A DNA stretch of 64,000 nt, from assembly GCA_937625935.1 (NCBI GenBank), contig OW569345.1:1-64000 (forward strand), in the 5' to 3' direction. A program made the translations under genes and the position numbers. This DNA comes from Tetramitus jugosus. Its lineage: Eukaryota; Protista; Heterolobosea. Within the stretch, counting starts at the first letter, position 1, and every line of letters starts with the position of its first letter. Positions 16,930 to 27,800 of the stretch are shown one piece after another. The notes under the pieces were generated by a model. That model saw only the letters and a list, made by a program, of their open reading frames with translations, searched no databases and was not told the DNA's origin.

Positions 16930-18105
16930 ATGTCAGGCTCAGTTGCATCCACTTTGGCATTTGCTATTCTTTTCCTATTGGCCATCATGGCCACTGTTCA
17001 AGGACAAGATTTGTTGCAGTCAATCCATGCTCCAGATTCATTCATTGATAAGATCAAACTATCTCGAAACTCATTGGTTATGGTAGCTCGTACCTCCAGA
17101 CGTGATTCAAGCTCCTACTACATCTACGAACGTCTTACCCCAACTGCCAATTTTACTCTCGGTCAGACAGTGATCACAAAACCAGAAGATTCTTATGAGG
17201 AGTTTGGGTATGAAGTAACTGATGATGGTGAATTGTTCATTGCCGTCAATAAGATCAAAGGAGAACCACCTCATATCTCAAGAACTCCACTATTCTTGTA
17301 CTACTTGAAGTCATCATCAAGTGGAATATGGGAACAGAAATCTATCATTCCCATCAAGATTGGAACCTCCAAAGTTGTTTACTGGATGTTTAGCTTCAAT
17401 GGTGAGTGGCTGGCAGTCACTCAAGCTGGAGGAGATTATTCTACCAACCCATGTTACATCTCTGTCTATCATCGATCAGGACCTGAGATCACACTCAAAC
17501 AAGAAATGAGTAACCTTGGAAACTGTTCCACTCCATTCCGTGTTCAGGTGAGCGACAAGTACTTGATACTCGCAGACTCCTCATTCCAAACTTCTAGTTA
17601 CTCTGGTGTTGTGCATGGATATGAGAGATCTGATGTCTCTCAAGCATTCAAGCCAAAGGATCAACTTTATGTTTACAGCTCAAGCATTCTCTACGCCCAA
17701 AATGTTGGTTTGGATGGTGAGACTTTGGCTGTTTCATGGGGCTCCAGAATATATGACGGAAGATCAGGTGTGGATATTTATCACAGATCATTCGGTTCAT
17801 GGACTCAGAAAGAAAGATTGATTGCAACGGACTATGGATTCGCCTTCATGAGAGATGAAGTTGCATTGCAGAGCAATAACTTGCTGGTACAAGCTTCTAG
17901 AGACTCAAGGGAGAACGAATCTGTTGTCCCATTGTTCCAAAAGTCTAGTTTCGCATGGAAGAATACTGAAACAATTGCTGGCAACGGCAAGGGAGTCTCT
18001 GCCCGCGAGTTTGCGCTCTCAGTGCAAGGAAGAGTGATGGTCGTGAGTCTGTATGCCCGAGATGAAAACGATATGATCAACATTTACTCTCTCCCAAGAG
18101 TCTAA
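16930..18105 (+). CDS. Secreted beta-propeller protein (FG-GAP-like repeats)
   Basis: Signal peptide; repeated beta-rich units such as VGLDGETLAVS..G.V.IY.R..GSWTQ..L. Confidence 0.6.
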   Translation: MSGSVASTLAFAILFLLAIMATVQGQDLLQSIHAPDSFIDKIKLSRNSLVMVARTSRRDSSSYYIYERLTPTANFTLGQTVITKPEDSYEEFGYEVTDDGELFIAVNKIKGEPPHISRTPLFLYYLKSSSSGIWEQKSIIPIKIGTSKVVYWMFSFNGEWLAVTQAGGDYSTNPCYISVYHRSGPEITLKQEMSNLGNCSTPFRVQVSDKYLILADSSFQTSSYSGVVHGYERSDVSQAFKPKDQLYVYSSSILYAQNVGLDGETLAVSWGSRIYDGRSGVDIYHRSFGSWTQKERLIATDYGFAFMRDEVALQSNNLLVQASRDSRENESVVPLFQKSSFAWKNTETIAGNGKGVSAREFALSVQGRVMVVSLYARDENDMINIYSLPRV

Positions 18106-18259
18106 GAAACACTCAATAAATGTCACACAGCTGTCAGGAGAGAAAAATCGAAAATATCCCAAGTTCCCAAAACTTTGTGCAAGTTCACAAAACAGCAGAA
18201 AAACAACCAAAAAAACAAAACCAAAAACTTCTGTGTGACGGATCCCAACAACAGAGCAC

Positions 18260-19813
18260 ATGTCCAACCAAGTTGCATTCATTGGTCGATTTGTGACTGA
18301 CTCTTCCGTGGCCCACCCTATGGCCACTTTTTCTCTCTCTCGTACACCATTCTTGATTCACGAGGATCCAACCATCCCTTGTTCTCATGCGAAACCAAGT
18401 CAAGTCACTCCTCCAACCAAGAAGAAGAACACTAGTCGTGGTGCATGGTTTCTCGGTCAGAAATCTCAGACGACGAGTGAACATGAGGATGACGATGATG
18501 ATGAAGAGGAAAATCTTTCGTCCGAGCAACTCAAGGAAAAACGTGTGAGTGAGTCATTGGAATCGTACATTGTCTCGCAGAAGAATATTGTTCAGATTGA
18601 GTGCAAGTACAATGAGACGTACATGTTGATGAATGATGGAGTGGTATTCTATTGTCATTTTACTCCATCTTCCACTTCGCAAACAGACCCGATAGAGTTA
18701 TGTTTGGTCATGCTGCATCCAAAGTTGTTTGGTTATGAACCGGTGAAAAAGTTGTTTGGTGGATATACGCGTATGTTTTTCTTGGTCGAGAGTGGTGATG
18801 TCTATGTTCAGAATGATGACAATACCTATCAGCAGTGCGGTCCCCAGAAGGACGTACGTGGTTATTACAAGATGCCTCCGCTGGATGCCCACCAGGACGG
18901 AAAGGTCACTCAGGTGGCATGCTCGTACTCTTTTTCTCTATTTTTGGTGAATAATACACAGTTGTTTATTCATGGTCAGAACTGTATGTATCAGTCATGG
19001 CATCTATCTGTCAATCTATCACTCTCAGCCTGCACTCTCGGCAGCAGTCAATTCTTTCAATTTTATTTTCCACGATGAGTGACTTACACACTTTTGTTTC
19101 CATGTTCCACAGGGGTGTTACCATCATCTCCCTCTCAGTCTCCTTTCCGTGTACCACTTGAATTGGACGAAGACGAACATATTACAACTTTGACAAGTGG
19201 TTCTTTCCATAACATGGTGCTCACGAACAAGGGTCGCCTTTTCAGTATGGGTGAAAAAGGAGAAAAGACGATCGCTCACCAGGCATGTTCTTCAACATTG
19301 ATAGACATGGGAGAACCAGTTGCGCTGGTAAAATGCAAATATGATTACTCTGTTGTGGTTACAGAGAGCTATCAAGTGTACATATTTGGCTTGGGTAGCA
19401 TACCGATTAATGAGCACTTTGTCACACCGCCTCGATTTCCGTCACTCATCGATTCGTGCAAGGTTGTCATGAGAGATTGTCCACCTGTGGTTGACATTGC
19501 CATGAGTCGAAGGGTCGTGTATTTGATTACGAGAGATCGAATTGTAGCAATAGGAAACAATGACAACTTGCAATTGAATCTCGGTTCAAACAAGTTTGAC
19601 GCTCAATTTGCTCCCCATCCAGTCGTCGTGTCCAATTGTCCTGCACCTCCCAATACTGATCAAATGTGTTACGTAGGTTGTGGCGAGCACCATGCAGCTC
19701 TTTTCCTCAAGAGAGGAAGCAGTTCAAATGGTGCTTTATTGTTCATGCGAAATCTTCGGAACGCCCAGGCCAGAAACTTTTACACTGATTGCTCGTTCTC
19801 CTTTTATCATTGA
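18260..19813 (+). CDS. RCC1/BLIP-II-like repeat protein (2 exons)
   Basis: Exons 18260-18983 and 19113-19813; the GTATGT...CAG intron 18984-19112 joins the two ORFs in frame (T+GG=Trp). Motifs SGSFHNMVLTNKGRLFSMG and VGCGEHH. Confidence 0.7.
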
Positions 19814-19961
19814 TGGGCAAGTTCGTATCGGAAGAATTCTTCGGGGAGAGACCAAAAGAGGCAAAGAATAAAGCGCTTCGTTTGATGGATACCAGTTATA
19901 ATATACCTCATGCTTCAAAAATCGTAGGGTGACACTTGGCACATCACATCAAAACAAACCA

Positions 19962-21371
19962 ATGAACAACCATACTGACCTCACCCAACGAATTAATCAC
20001 AGGAAAGCCCAATTCAAAGAGCCTGTTATGGCTTCGTACTTCAATGTTGTCAGGTTACTAATTGTTGAGGATGAGATTGCTCAAGCCCAGAACCAACTTT
20101 ACCAGCTCATCATAGAAGTAGGCACTACTGCAATTGAGGAAGTTGAGCTGCTGAGAAAAGAGATACTCAAACTCCAAATGGAACATGGCAAGATTCAAGA
20201 TCTGATTGACGACGACATGGGAAGTGCTGTCTCTATTCTGTCTGAGACTTTAGATACGTGCAAGTTAATCCAGAATGTCGACTGTGGTCACCCAGAGTAC
20301 TCTTTTACTGGTGGTGAGTGCACAAGATGCAAGCAAAAGGATGAAACACTAAAGCTGGCACTTAAGAAGAAAATGACTGAGTGGGTGCGAACTGTTGCTC
20401 CCCTCTCAAAATTCACTGCTCTCTTTTTCTATCGTGGAACTTGGTGTGGAAATTGTCCATTGTATCTGAGACAAGTAAATGATAGTTTGAATGATATTCG
20501 ATCCATGGGTGGAGAAGTTTACGGCATCTGCTCTCAAGAACAACAGTTTGTCGATCAGATGAAAAAGATAGCTGAATTAGATTTTGATCTGATCAGTGAC
20601 ACAAAATGTGAACTAGGAAACAAGTTCAATGTTAAAATCTCAAAGAAGGGAGGATATGCTTTTAAGGTAATGCAACGAATTATCAAAAGTGCTCTGAACA
20701 CCTCAGATTTCTATGATTCTTCTCACGATGATGGAATCACGCAGCCTGCAGTGGTTGTGCTTGACAATCGATCCAATATCATCTACAAGTGGGTGACATC
20801 TGCTTCCCTAAAGTCTGGCTTTGGTATGTTCGATCGAATCGAGCCTGTGGAAGTCATGGATGTTCTCAAATTTCACTTCTCTCATCCTGATCTGGTAACT
20901 TCTGTGACAACGTACTGCTCCGAGAACCGTGCCCAGGTGTTTAGTATGACAATGACTGATCAAACCCTTAGATCCTTGTTTGCTCAGCATTTGAGAGATG
21001 AATTCTCTTCAGAATCAATTGAATTTTTGGATGAGGCCGAAGACTTCCTCATGTCCCTAACCAAGAGCAAGAATTCAGAGAAAATGAAGGATAGAGAACA
21101 AAGTATATATTCAACGTACATCCCAGTTCAAGCACCAAAAGAGTTGAATTTACCCCATGAGCTCAGAAAAACAGTTTCGAAGAAATTGAGCAAAGAGCTT
21201 TCGCCAGAAGATCACGTCTTTCGGGCCGTTTCACTTTTTCTGAGGGACCTGCTTCAGTGTGACTCTTTCAGCAGATTTGTGAAGAAAAGAATGTTCGTGG
21301 ATGCAGCTGTCACACTTATCCCGCAGATCATGGGTCTCAAACAAAGTTTCGCCTGCAACATTGCAGACTAA
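19962..21371 (+). CDS. Redoxin (AhpC/TSA-like, CxxC) plus RGS domain fusion protein
   Basis: FFYRGTWCGNC..YL, FDLISD and TQPAVVVLD....I.YKWV indicate a thioredoxin fold. F..HL.DEFSSESIEFL, IYSTYI...APKELNLP and DSFSRF indicate RGS. First ATG at 19962. Confidence 0.8.
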   Translation: MNNHTDLTQRINHRKAQFKEPVMASYFNVVRLLIVEDEIAQAQNQLYQLIIEVGTTAIEEVELLRKEILKLQMEHGKIQDLIDDDMGSAVSILSETLDTCKLIQNVDCGHPEYSFTGGECTRCKQKDETLKLALKKKMTEWVRTVAPLSKFTALFFYRGTWCGNCPLYLRQVNDSLNDIRSMGGEVYGICSQEQQFVDQMKKIAELDFDLISDTKCELGNKFNVKISKKGGYAFKVMQRIIKSALNTSDFYDSSHDDGITQPAVVVLDNRSNIIYKWVTSASLKSGFGMFDRIEPVEVMDVLKFHFSHPDLVTSVTTYCSENRAQVFSMTMTDQTLRSLFAQHLRDEFSSESIEFLDEAEDFLMSLTKSKNSEKMKDREQSIYSTYIPVQAPKELNLPHELRKTVSKKLSKELSPEDHVFRAVSLFLRDLLQCDSFSRFVKKRMFVDAAVTLIPQIMGLKQSFACNIAD

Positions 21372-21486
21372 ATGGTAACGACGGAAATCACACACAATCA
21401 GCACGAAATCGTCGCTTGAAAACGTCAAAACTCAAGAACTTCCTCCGGATTATTCCCCGCAAACCAAAAGAAAAGTCACCCTAAAG

Positions 21487-22849
21487 ATGCCATGTTCTTT
21501 CTCGTCTGTTATCCTGTTGTTACAGGTTTCTCTCGCTCTCTTTGTCGTGTTGATCTCCTTGACCAACCAGAGTCACCAACTGTCCACTCATTCCGTCAAT
21601 GACCTCCAATTGTGCATTGCATATCCAAAGAGAGTGAACAGCATGTTTCTCAGAGGTGAATCCAATGTGGTCTCTGAGCCTCGCTTGAGCTGGAACCAAG
21701 GTGTAGAAGTACCAGCAATGAAAGATACATCCAGTAGATATTGTGTTACACTCAAGTATACCTCGGATCGTGCTCAACAAACGTATGTTGTAACAAGAGA
21801 TATCGTTTTCTCACTCTTGGACCGTAAATGCTTACAAGTATCGATTGAAATGAACTACTGACACTCAAACTTGTCATCTATCTTATTTCTTCTTGTTTCC
21901 ATAATACAACAGGTTACAAGTGAAAGCACTGATTGATGATTCTGATTGGTCAGTGGGAAGCAACAGCTTTATTGTTCTTCCTGAACAGAGTGGGGGCACA
22001 ATTACGATATACCCTTGGTTCTACAATGGTCAGGGAACTGTTGAGCGAATCTTCAGTATCGCGTCTCCACAATTGAACAACACGAGAAACTTGTGGGTCT
22101 ATCTTCCTCCGTCCTATTATGAGAACACACTCAAAGTACATAGTAATGTGCTTGTAATGCACGATGGTCAAAATTTGTTTGATCCCGAGACTGCTTTTGG
22201 TGGTGTTGCTTGGATGTGTCAGGACGCTATTGATCAACAAGTGTATGCAGGAAACATGGAAGAAGTCATTGTAATCGGAGTTGATAACACACCGGACAGA
22301 ATGAACGAACTAACCTACTCTTATGATGCATCTGAAGGATTTGGTGGCAAGGGTGATATCTACTTGAATTTTGTGCAACAGACAGTGATTCCATTGATCG
22401 TTAAGCGATATCAGGACAGAATTAGAATTATGAGAGATAAACTGGGAATCTTAGGAAGTTCATTGGGAGGGTTAATCAGTTGTTATGCTGGATGGACAAG
22501 ACCTGCCATCTACGGAAGAGCAGGATGTATGTCCTCCTCATTCTGGTGGAACAATCAAGACTTCAACAACACAATTCTGAGAAAAGAAGCTCCATCTCAT
22601 CAGGTATTCTACTTGGATAGCGGCAATACTGGCCCTGACAACGATGATGTTGTTCAAACACAGACGGTGAGAGATCACATGTCACACATTCCAAATTTCT
22701 TGAACAGAAATGCACTGTACTACTACTTGGATGATGGAGGTCGACATAGTGAATATTATTGGGGAAAGAGATTCCACATTCCAATCACTAAACTGTACCC
22801 TGTCACGGCAATCTCTTCCACCAATCCATTTAAACAAACGAAAAAGTAA
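21487..22849 (+). CDS. Secreted alpha/beta-hydrolase esterase (Fes/IroE-like) with N-terminal CBM20-like beta domain (2 exons)
   Basis: Exons 21487-21782 and 21913-22849, intron GTATGT...CAG in frame. Signal peptide, RNLWVYLPPSY, MHDGQNLF, nucleophile elbow GSSLGG, YLDSG, HSEYYW. Confidence 0.85.
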
Positions 22850-22881
22850 GCGAGCGAGTAAGTGCTCGGATCAAAAGTTTA

Positions 22882-24021
22882 TCAGCTCGTTTTCAATAAA
22901 TTGTCTGTCAACTCCTTATTGTTTCGCATAGCGCGATGGAGAGTCGCAAACCAGGAAAGGGTATTTCCGTGCAGACCATAATTCCTCTTGGAAGCAACAG
23001 AGTCATCCAATAGTTTTGCATCAGCGCACACCAAATGATAAATGTCAGTCCTCGTGATCAACCGTGCCATAAAGAGCAAGTTCTTACGAGAATTGACTAT
23101 GCTCGCACTATAAAACCATCGATCGTAAAATCTCTTAAAGTTTGTCTCCCCTAATGATGAAGAATCCAGTGAAATCTTGAGATCGGAAAGGAAACCGAGC
23201 ATCCATCGCCTAAGATTGCTCTGTAGAATCGGATACAACCTTGGATTTCTTCTTAAGCAAGCAATACCAGGGAAAGGTTTATCGGGCAGCTGACTCAGCT
23301 TGACTCTACCTAGCAGTCCATACCGAGACAGAATAAGGCTCATCTCATCAAATGTCATCGTCCCTAAATCGTATGACATGAGCTTGTCCGTTGATACACT
23401 GCGACAATCTCCTATTGTTATGAGCTTGTAGTGTTGTTCGCCACGATGACCACCAATGAAGAAATAGCTCGAACGCTTAGAGTTGTACAAAACGAGCTCG
23501 CTCAATGAGTTTGCCATTTGTTCATGGTTGGGAGTCAAGGAATAGGATCCAGCATCATCAATTGTTAACCTGTGCGTCTTTTCAATAATCTTACACTTGA
23601 TCATTTCATTCCAATGGTCCATCATTGAAACATTAATAATCAAATTGTCCAACTCGAGTGTTTTGCCATGCATCTTCAATTGACAATGCAAAAAGTAAAG
23701 AAAGGCAACAAATGTGTCTGGATGAGCACTTCGACAGCTCGAAAGATTCAACGTTTTCAACTCTAACAACAACGTGAGCACTGTTGTGAAAAAGAGTGTG
23801 TTCACTTGACGGATACGCACGAGATGAGGCAACGGCTCCAAAAAGCTCAAAATAAGAGTCAGAATATCATTGGGCACAAACAAGTGATTCAACTTGACTC
23901 GACTGTCCACATCGATTTGAGCCATGGTTGGACAAGGAGCATTTCGGTTCATTGGCTTGAGAAACATGCAAGATTTAAAGTGTCGCATGACATCTTCCAA
24001 CATATCAGTAAAGGACAGCAT
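22882..24021 (-). CDS. F-box domain protein
   Basis: VPNDILTLILSFLEP...VRIRQVNTLF is F-box-like and is followed by an LRR-like stretch. First ATG at 24021. Confidence 0.6.
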   Translation of the reverse strand: MLSFTDMLEDVMRHFKSCMFLKPMNRNAPCPTMAQIDVDSRVKLNHLFVPNDILTLILSFLEPLPHLVRIRQVNTLFFTTVLTLLLELKTLNLSSCRSAHPDTFVAFLYFLHCQLKMHGKTLELDNLIINVSMMDHWNEMIKCKIIEKTHRLTIDDAGSYSLTPNHEQMANSLSELVLYNSKRSSYFFIGGHRGEQHYKLITIGDCRSVSTDKLMSYDLGTMTFDEMSLILSRYGLLGRVKLSQLPDKPFPGIACLRRNPRLYPILQSNLRRWMLGFLSDLKISLDSSSLGETNFKRFYDRWFYSASIVNSRKNLLFMARLITRTDIYHLVCADAKLLDDSVASKRNYGLHGNTLSWFATLHRAMRNNKELTDNLLKTS

Positions 24022-24260
24022 TGGTTCTTGTGAGGAGATGGAGATTGTAAGCCTAAAAGATTTGCAGGATTGTGGAAAGAAAAGAAGGACAATCAGCAGA
24101 TTTTTGTTGTTTGTTGTGAAGTTCTCTTGTGTTTGTTCCGTTCTTTCACATTTTGATTGTGGTGCATTGATCAACAAGACCTGACAGGATTCAAGCTCGA
24201 CAAGGTCTTTTGTTTGATCTGCCGATCAGCAGATCTCGGAAAAACAACAACGTTACAACA

Positions 24261-24473
24261 ATGGGTGCTGAACAGAGTCGACAAAAGTATGAGGATGACA
24301 AGAATTCACCGTGTCACGAGTATGCGTGCAGGTGGCAAAAATGCTTCCGAAACAAGAACTTTGACAATAGCAAGTGCGACTTTGAGAAGAAAGAGTACGA
24401 ACAGTGCATGGAAAGTCTAATGGAACACGAGGTGCAAGACGCAGATCAGAGGGAGAAAAAACTGGTCAAATAA
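24261..24473 (+). CDS. Twin CX9C (CHCH) mitochondrial intermembrane-space protein, CMC4-like
   Basis: PC-x9-C...KC-x9-C (CHEYACRWQKC and CDFEKKEYEQC); ATG 24261 after a CAA-rich leader. Confidence 0.7.
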   Translation: MGAEQSRQKYEDDKNSPCHEYACRWQKCFRNKNFDNSKCDFEKKEYEQCMESLMEHEVQDADQREKKLVK

Positions 24474-24814
24474 CTCAAATAAAGCGAATGTTCACGACGA
24501 ACGATTCTCTGTGCTTTTCACTGTGGCCCTCAAATTCGCGGAGCAACACAACATTTTCCCGAACGAATGTTCAACGAATTTGTGGAGCATTCATGTGAAA
24601 ACAGCAATTTTTCGATTGAACCAAAAATTTGTTGTTTCACACGAAAGCAAAGCTTCACACAAACAAAACACACCCCTACCCACTGTTTGAGAGAGACTTT
24701 TTTGTTGTTTGGAACACACATATCCTATCATCAATTTTTCATCTCACAACAATACTTTCCACCACCATCCCCCTCACTCATAAAACAACACAGTTTTTCA
24801 TTCTGAGAGAAAAC

Positions 24815-27800
24815 ATGAGTTCGACAACAAACAATATCAATGGAGCAGCAACAGTCTCCATCTCATACACTTACATCTTATCCACACTGGAGAGAGAAGG
24901 TCTACACAACAATAAGAAGCTTAAAACATTTTTGACTCAGGTCACTCAACAGGAACAAAAGGTAAATATTCTTGATGATGCAATAATAATAATGATGATG
25001 ATGATTCTTCTTTTGTTGGTTGCCTTTTGACTCACACAAGCAAAAATATTTTTTTTTTCAAATTCGTATTTTCTCTCTCACTCTTGTCGTGCACTGTGTA
25101 TTAGTCATCCACAATTGATGATTATTTATTGAATCAAGTTCACAACTTTTTGGCATCCTTGTTCATTGATGCCAACTTTACATATTTGATTGCTCGAGTG
25201 TGCAAAGCAATTCTTCCATTAGTCGTGTCTCAATTGGTTCATCAGTGTTTGGCGAGCACCGATCAAGATTTGCACGACAAGGTCACTTGTGCACTGAGTA
25301 AAATATTACCACTGTTTCCTCAATTTTTGCAGTTTGTGATTATGCATTTGAAGGGTAGACCATCACTGTTGGATCGCATCATTTCACAAAAGAATAGGGA
25401 TTCTCAATATTATTTGGAATTGATCAAGACTGCTCATCGCTTGTTGAATCACTCACCAGAAGAGTTTGCCAAAATGTGGAATTGGTCGCCCTTTTTTGCA
25501 CTGTTGGAACACCCAGAGGAACAAGTCAAGTGGTATGCCTCCAAGTGCGTGTCACTCTTGTTGCAACACGAGGGAGTAGAGGCTAACATGTTGGCCAACG
25601 CAAAATCATTCAACGAAAACACAAAATTTGCAATTGATTCCAACGAAGAAGAAGAATTGCACTTGAATCAATTTTTGGCCCTGTACTCACAGAGTAGTAC
25701 CGCTACTACGCCGTCACGGACACTGACCGGAGAGCCCATGGATATAGAATCATCATCTGTCGTTGATCATCATTCGACAACAAGAAAAGAATCGAATCTA
25801 ATGGTGGAGGTCTGCGGTGTCTGGCTCCCCAAAAAGATTGGCGCGTCCAACGAGAGCAAAATCTCTTCCAAACTCATATTTACTGAAACATCGATCGCCA
25901 ATACAAGAGCAGTCGCAATGGCTGTATCTCAGGGATCACCCGTACTACTCGAGGGAATTACAGGTGCCGGAAAGGTTTGTATTGGAAAACTCGAATATTT
26001 TGTTGTACTTGTTCCCATTCACATGTATACTAACTCATCATACTTTACCCATCTACGCATCACACAATGAATATTACAGACGGCCATTGTCGAAGAGTTG
26101 GCACACATGACTGGAAACACTGATTTGATCAAGGTGAATCTGGATGAATCGTTTGATAGCAAGGACTTGCTCGGTACATATGTTTGTACAGATGTTCCTG
26201 GAGAGTTCAAATGGCAACCAGGTGCGCTGACAAAGGCTGTGACTGAAGGTAGATGGATCCTTATTGAGGATCTTGATTTGGCACCATTCGATATTGTTTC
26301 TGCAATTATACCTCTGGTCGAATCAAACACTTTATTTATTCCCTCTCGTGATGAGGTCATACCTGCTTCTACCGGATTTCACTTGTTCGCAACTCAGAGT
26401 ATGGTAGAATCTTTCAATGGTTCTGCATCGAGACAGAGAGTTTTGGCAATGTCAAATTTGTGGAATCAGGTTCGAATCGAAAAGCTATCATCATCTGAAA
26501 TTGAGATTGTTCTGCAGACCAAGTTTCCTGCTATCGCTCATTTAACTCCAAATTTTTTGGATACGTATGAAACTTTGCGTGGCACGAAAGAAACGCTGCC
26601 TATTGATTCTGTGGGCGAAACAAATGAGATTATGGAAGAAGAGGAGAAGAACCGTTCCAAAGATTTTGCTCAGTTGCGAAGCTTTGGTCGTCTATTTTCA
26701 TTCAGAGATTTATTGAAGTGGTGTGAGAGAATCAATAGATTCTACGGACACAAGATTAATAAGGATTATCTCGTTAGTCAAATCAAGAAGGATATTTTCC
26801 ATGAAGCAGTTGACATATTTTGTGGCATGATTGTGAAGAAGAATGTTTATAATGCTGTTGTTCATACGATTGCCCATGTGTGGGGAATTACAGATTTTTC
26901 GCACTATCTAGAGCTATACAAACCTCAAGTAGTTGAGGGTGCCGGAAGCGTCACTGTAGGAAGAATCACCATGGGTAGAGACAAGAAGGGTCTCGCTGAG
27001 AATTTGGCCGATGTCAGAAAATTTGCCCATACAAAGGCGAGCTTGCGATTGATGGAACGGTGCGCTGCTTGTGTTCAAATGAAGGAGCCTGTTCTGCTGA
27101 CTGGTGAAACTGGTACGGGCAAAACTTCAATAGTACAACATTTAGCAACCTTGATTGGCAAGAAGCTTATTGTACATAATTTGAATCAACAAACAGATAG
27201 TGCTGATTTTATAGGAGGTTTCAAACCTGTTGACTTGCGCATTCTTGCTCTGTCGCTCAAGACTAATTTCGAGAAGCTCTTCTCTGTGACGTTTTCTGTG
27301 AAGCAGAATTCATCATTCCTTGTCAAGACCAAGGAACAATTCGAGAAGAGAAATTGGGCCTCACTTGTGATCTTGTTCCAAAAGGTTATCGAGAAAGCTT
27401 ATGAGAAGCTTGCAAAAGAAGAGGAGGACAATGAAGAAGAAGAAGTGAAAGATGTCCCTGTTAGCAAGAAGTCAAAGAAGAGAAAGAACAAGGCAGCAAG
27501 CGATGAACCATCCAAGAAGGTTCAAAAAACTGAAAGACAACGAACTCTGCGACAGTTCTGGGAGAAGTTTAGTGTTTCTGTTGAGAGATTTAACACACAA
27601 CAAAACTTGGTCAAGAATAGTTTTGCCTTCTCCTTTGTCGAAGGTACATTAGTGAAGGCATTGAAGGAAGGTCACTGGATTCTTCTAGATGAAATCAATT
27701 TGGCTTCGACTGAAACCTTGGAGAGATTGAGTAGTTTGTTGGATGGCGAAGAGGGTACCTTATTCATTACTGAAAAGGGTGACACTGAGCCAGTTAAGAG

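Noticed and set aside
26004-26014. TGTACTTGTTC in the twin intron is complementary to a conserved LSU rRNA segment (GAACAAGUAC, from memory), suggesting a snoRNA guide
   Set aside because: No C box or adjacent CUGA D box, and no H/ACA hairpin pair is evident; an 11 nt match can be chance. Left open only as an alternative in the twin-intron finding.
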